A DNA stretch of 64,000 nucleotides from positions 62,001 through 126,000 of the forward strand of contig JALDZS010000010.1 in the NCBI GenBank assembly GCA_022813965.1. Reading direction: 5' to 3'. Position 1 is the stretch's first letter, and every line of letters starts with the position of its first letter. Positions 63,878 through 64,000 of this stretch are shown here, one piece after another. This DNA is from Toensbergia leucococca. Lineage: Eukaryota. The position numbers and the translations under genes were made by a program. Under the pieces are notes generated by a model. That model searched no databases and had not been told where the DNA came from. It worked only from the letters and a program-made list of their open reading frames with translations.

Positions 63878-64000
63878 ATGGCCCTGACCACCTCCGCCAA
63901 CGTCGCTTCAGTCAAGCCAACCATATCCTCCGCCGACCTCGAATCTTTTTCGATTCATTTACAATCCTCCAAACGCATCTTAGCTTTACTGGGAGCAGGC
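63878..64000 (+). CDS. Sir2-family (SIRT5/CobB-like) NAD-dependent deacylase, 3'-partial
   Basis: ATG 63878 gives MALTTSANVASVKPTISSADLESFSIHLQSSKRILALLGAG up to the window end. SKRILALLGAG resembles the sirtuin N-terminal GAGxS motif. Only 41 codons are visible. Confidence 0.65.
   Translation, partial: MALTTSANVASVKPTISSADLESFSIHLQSSKRILALLGAG

Noticed and set aside
1..64000. CRISPR arrays, rRNA or tRNA genes
   Set aside because: No repeat-spacer periodicity, rRNA-like segment or cloverleaf was recognised by eye. tRNAscan-SE/Infernal would be needed to exclude small RNAs.

Overview
Filamentous ascomycete (Pezizomycotina) nuclear DNA with short spliceosomal introns; a lichen-forming lineage is a guess only. 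Two gene-dense arms flank a 22.3-kb AT-rich block. Left arm (1-31.2 kb): 5'-truncated CHAT (caspase-like) protein, MED7, a PAP2/DPP1-type phosphatase, a DHA14-type MFS transporter, a 2OG-Fe(II) oxygenase, ADE13, an ExgD-like GH5 glucanase, a GIT1-like permease, an orphan protein with three Myb-like repeats, an AGC/YANK kinase and a fungal phytochrome. Right arm (53.6-64 kb): a probable Cys-rich pseudogene, DBF4/nimO, MRPL6, ICP55 and the start of a sirtuin. The AT-rich block resolves by target-site duplications (TSDs) into one nested insertion about 390 bp upstream of the phytochrome ORF start. A Tad1-like LINE (14-bp TSD) contains Ty3/gypsy element A (TSD GATAG). A contains Ty3/gypsy element B (TSD CTTAG/CTCAG), and B contains an inverted A-family solo LTR (TSD GAAGC). 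A second A-family solo LTR sits in the LINE. Element A carries a C2H2 finger, a chromodomain and an unexplained ~2-kb extra coding-like region before its 3' LTR. All elements are degraded by C->T hypermutation that looks CpG/CpC-biased rather than purely CpA-biased. All calls come from motif reading by eye; no database searches were run.
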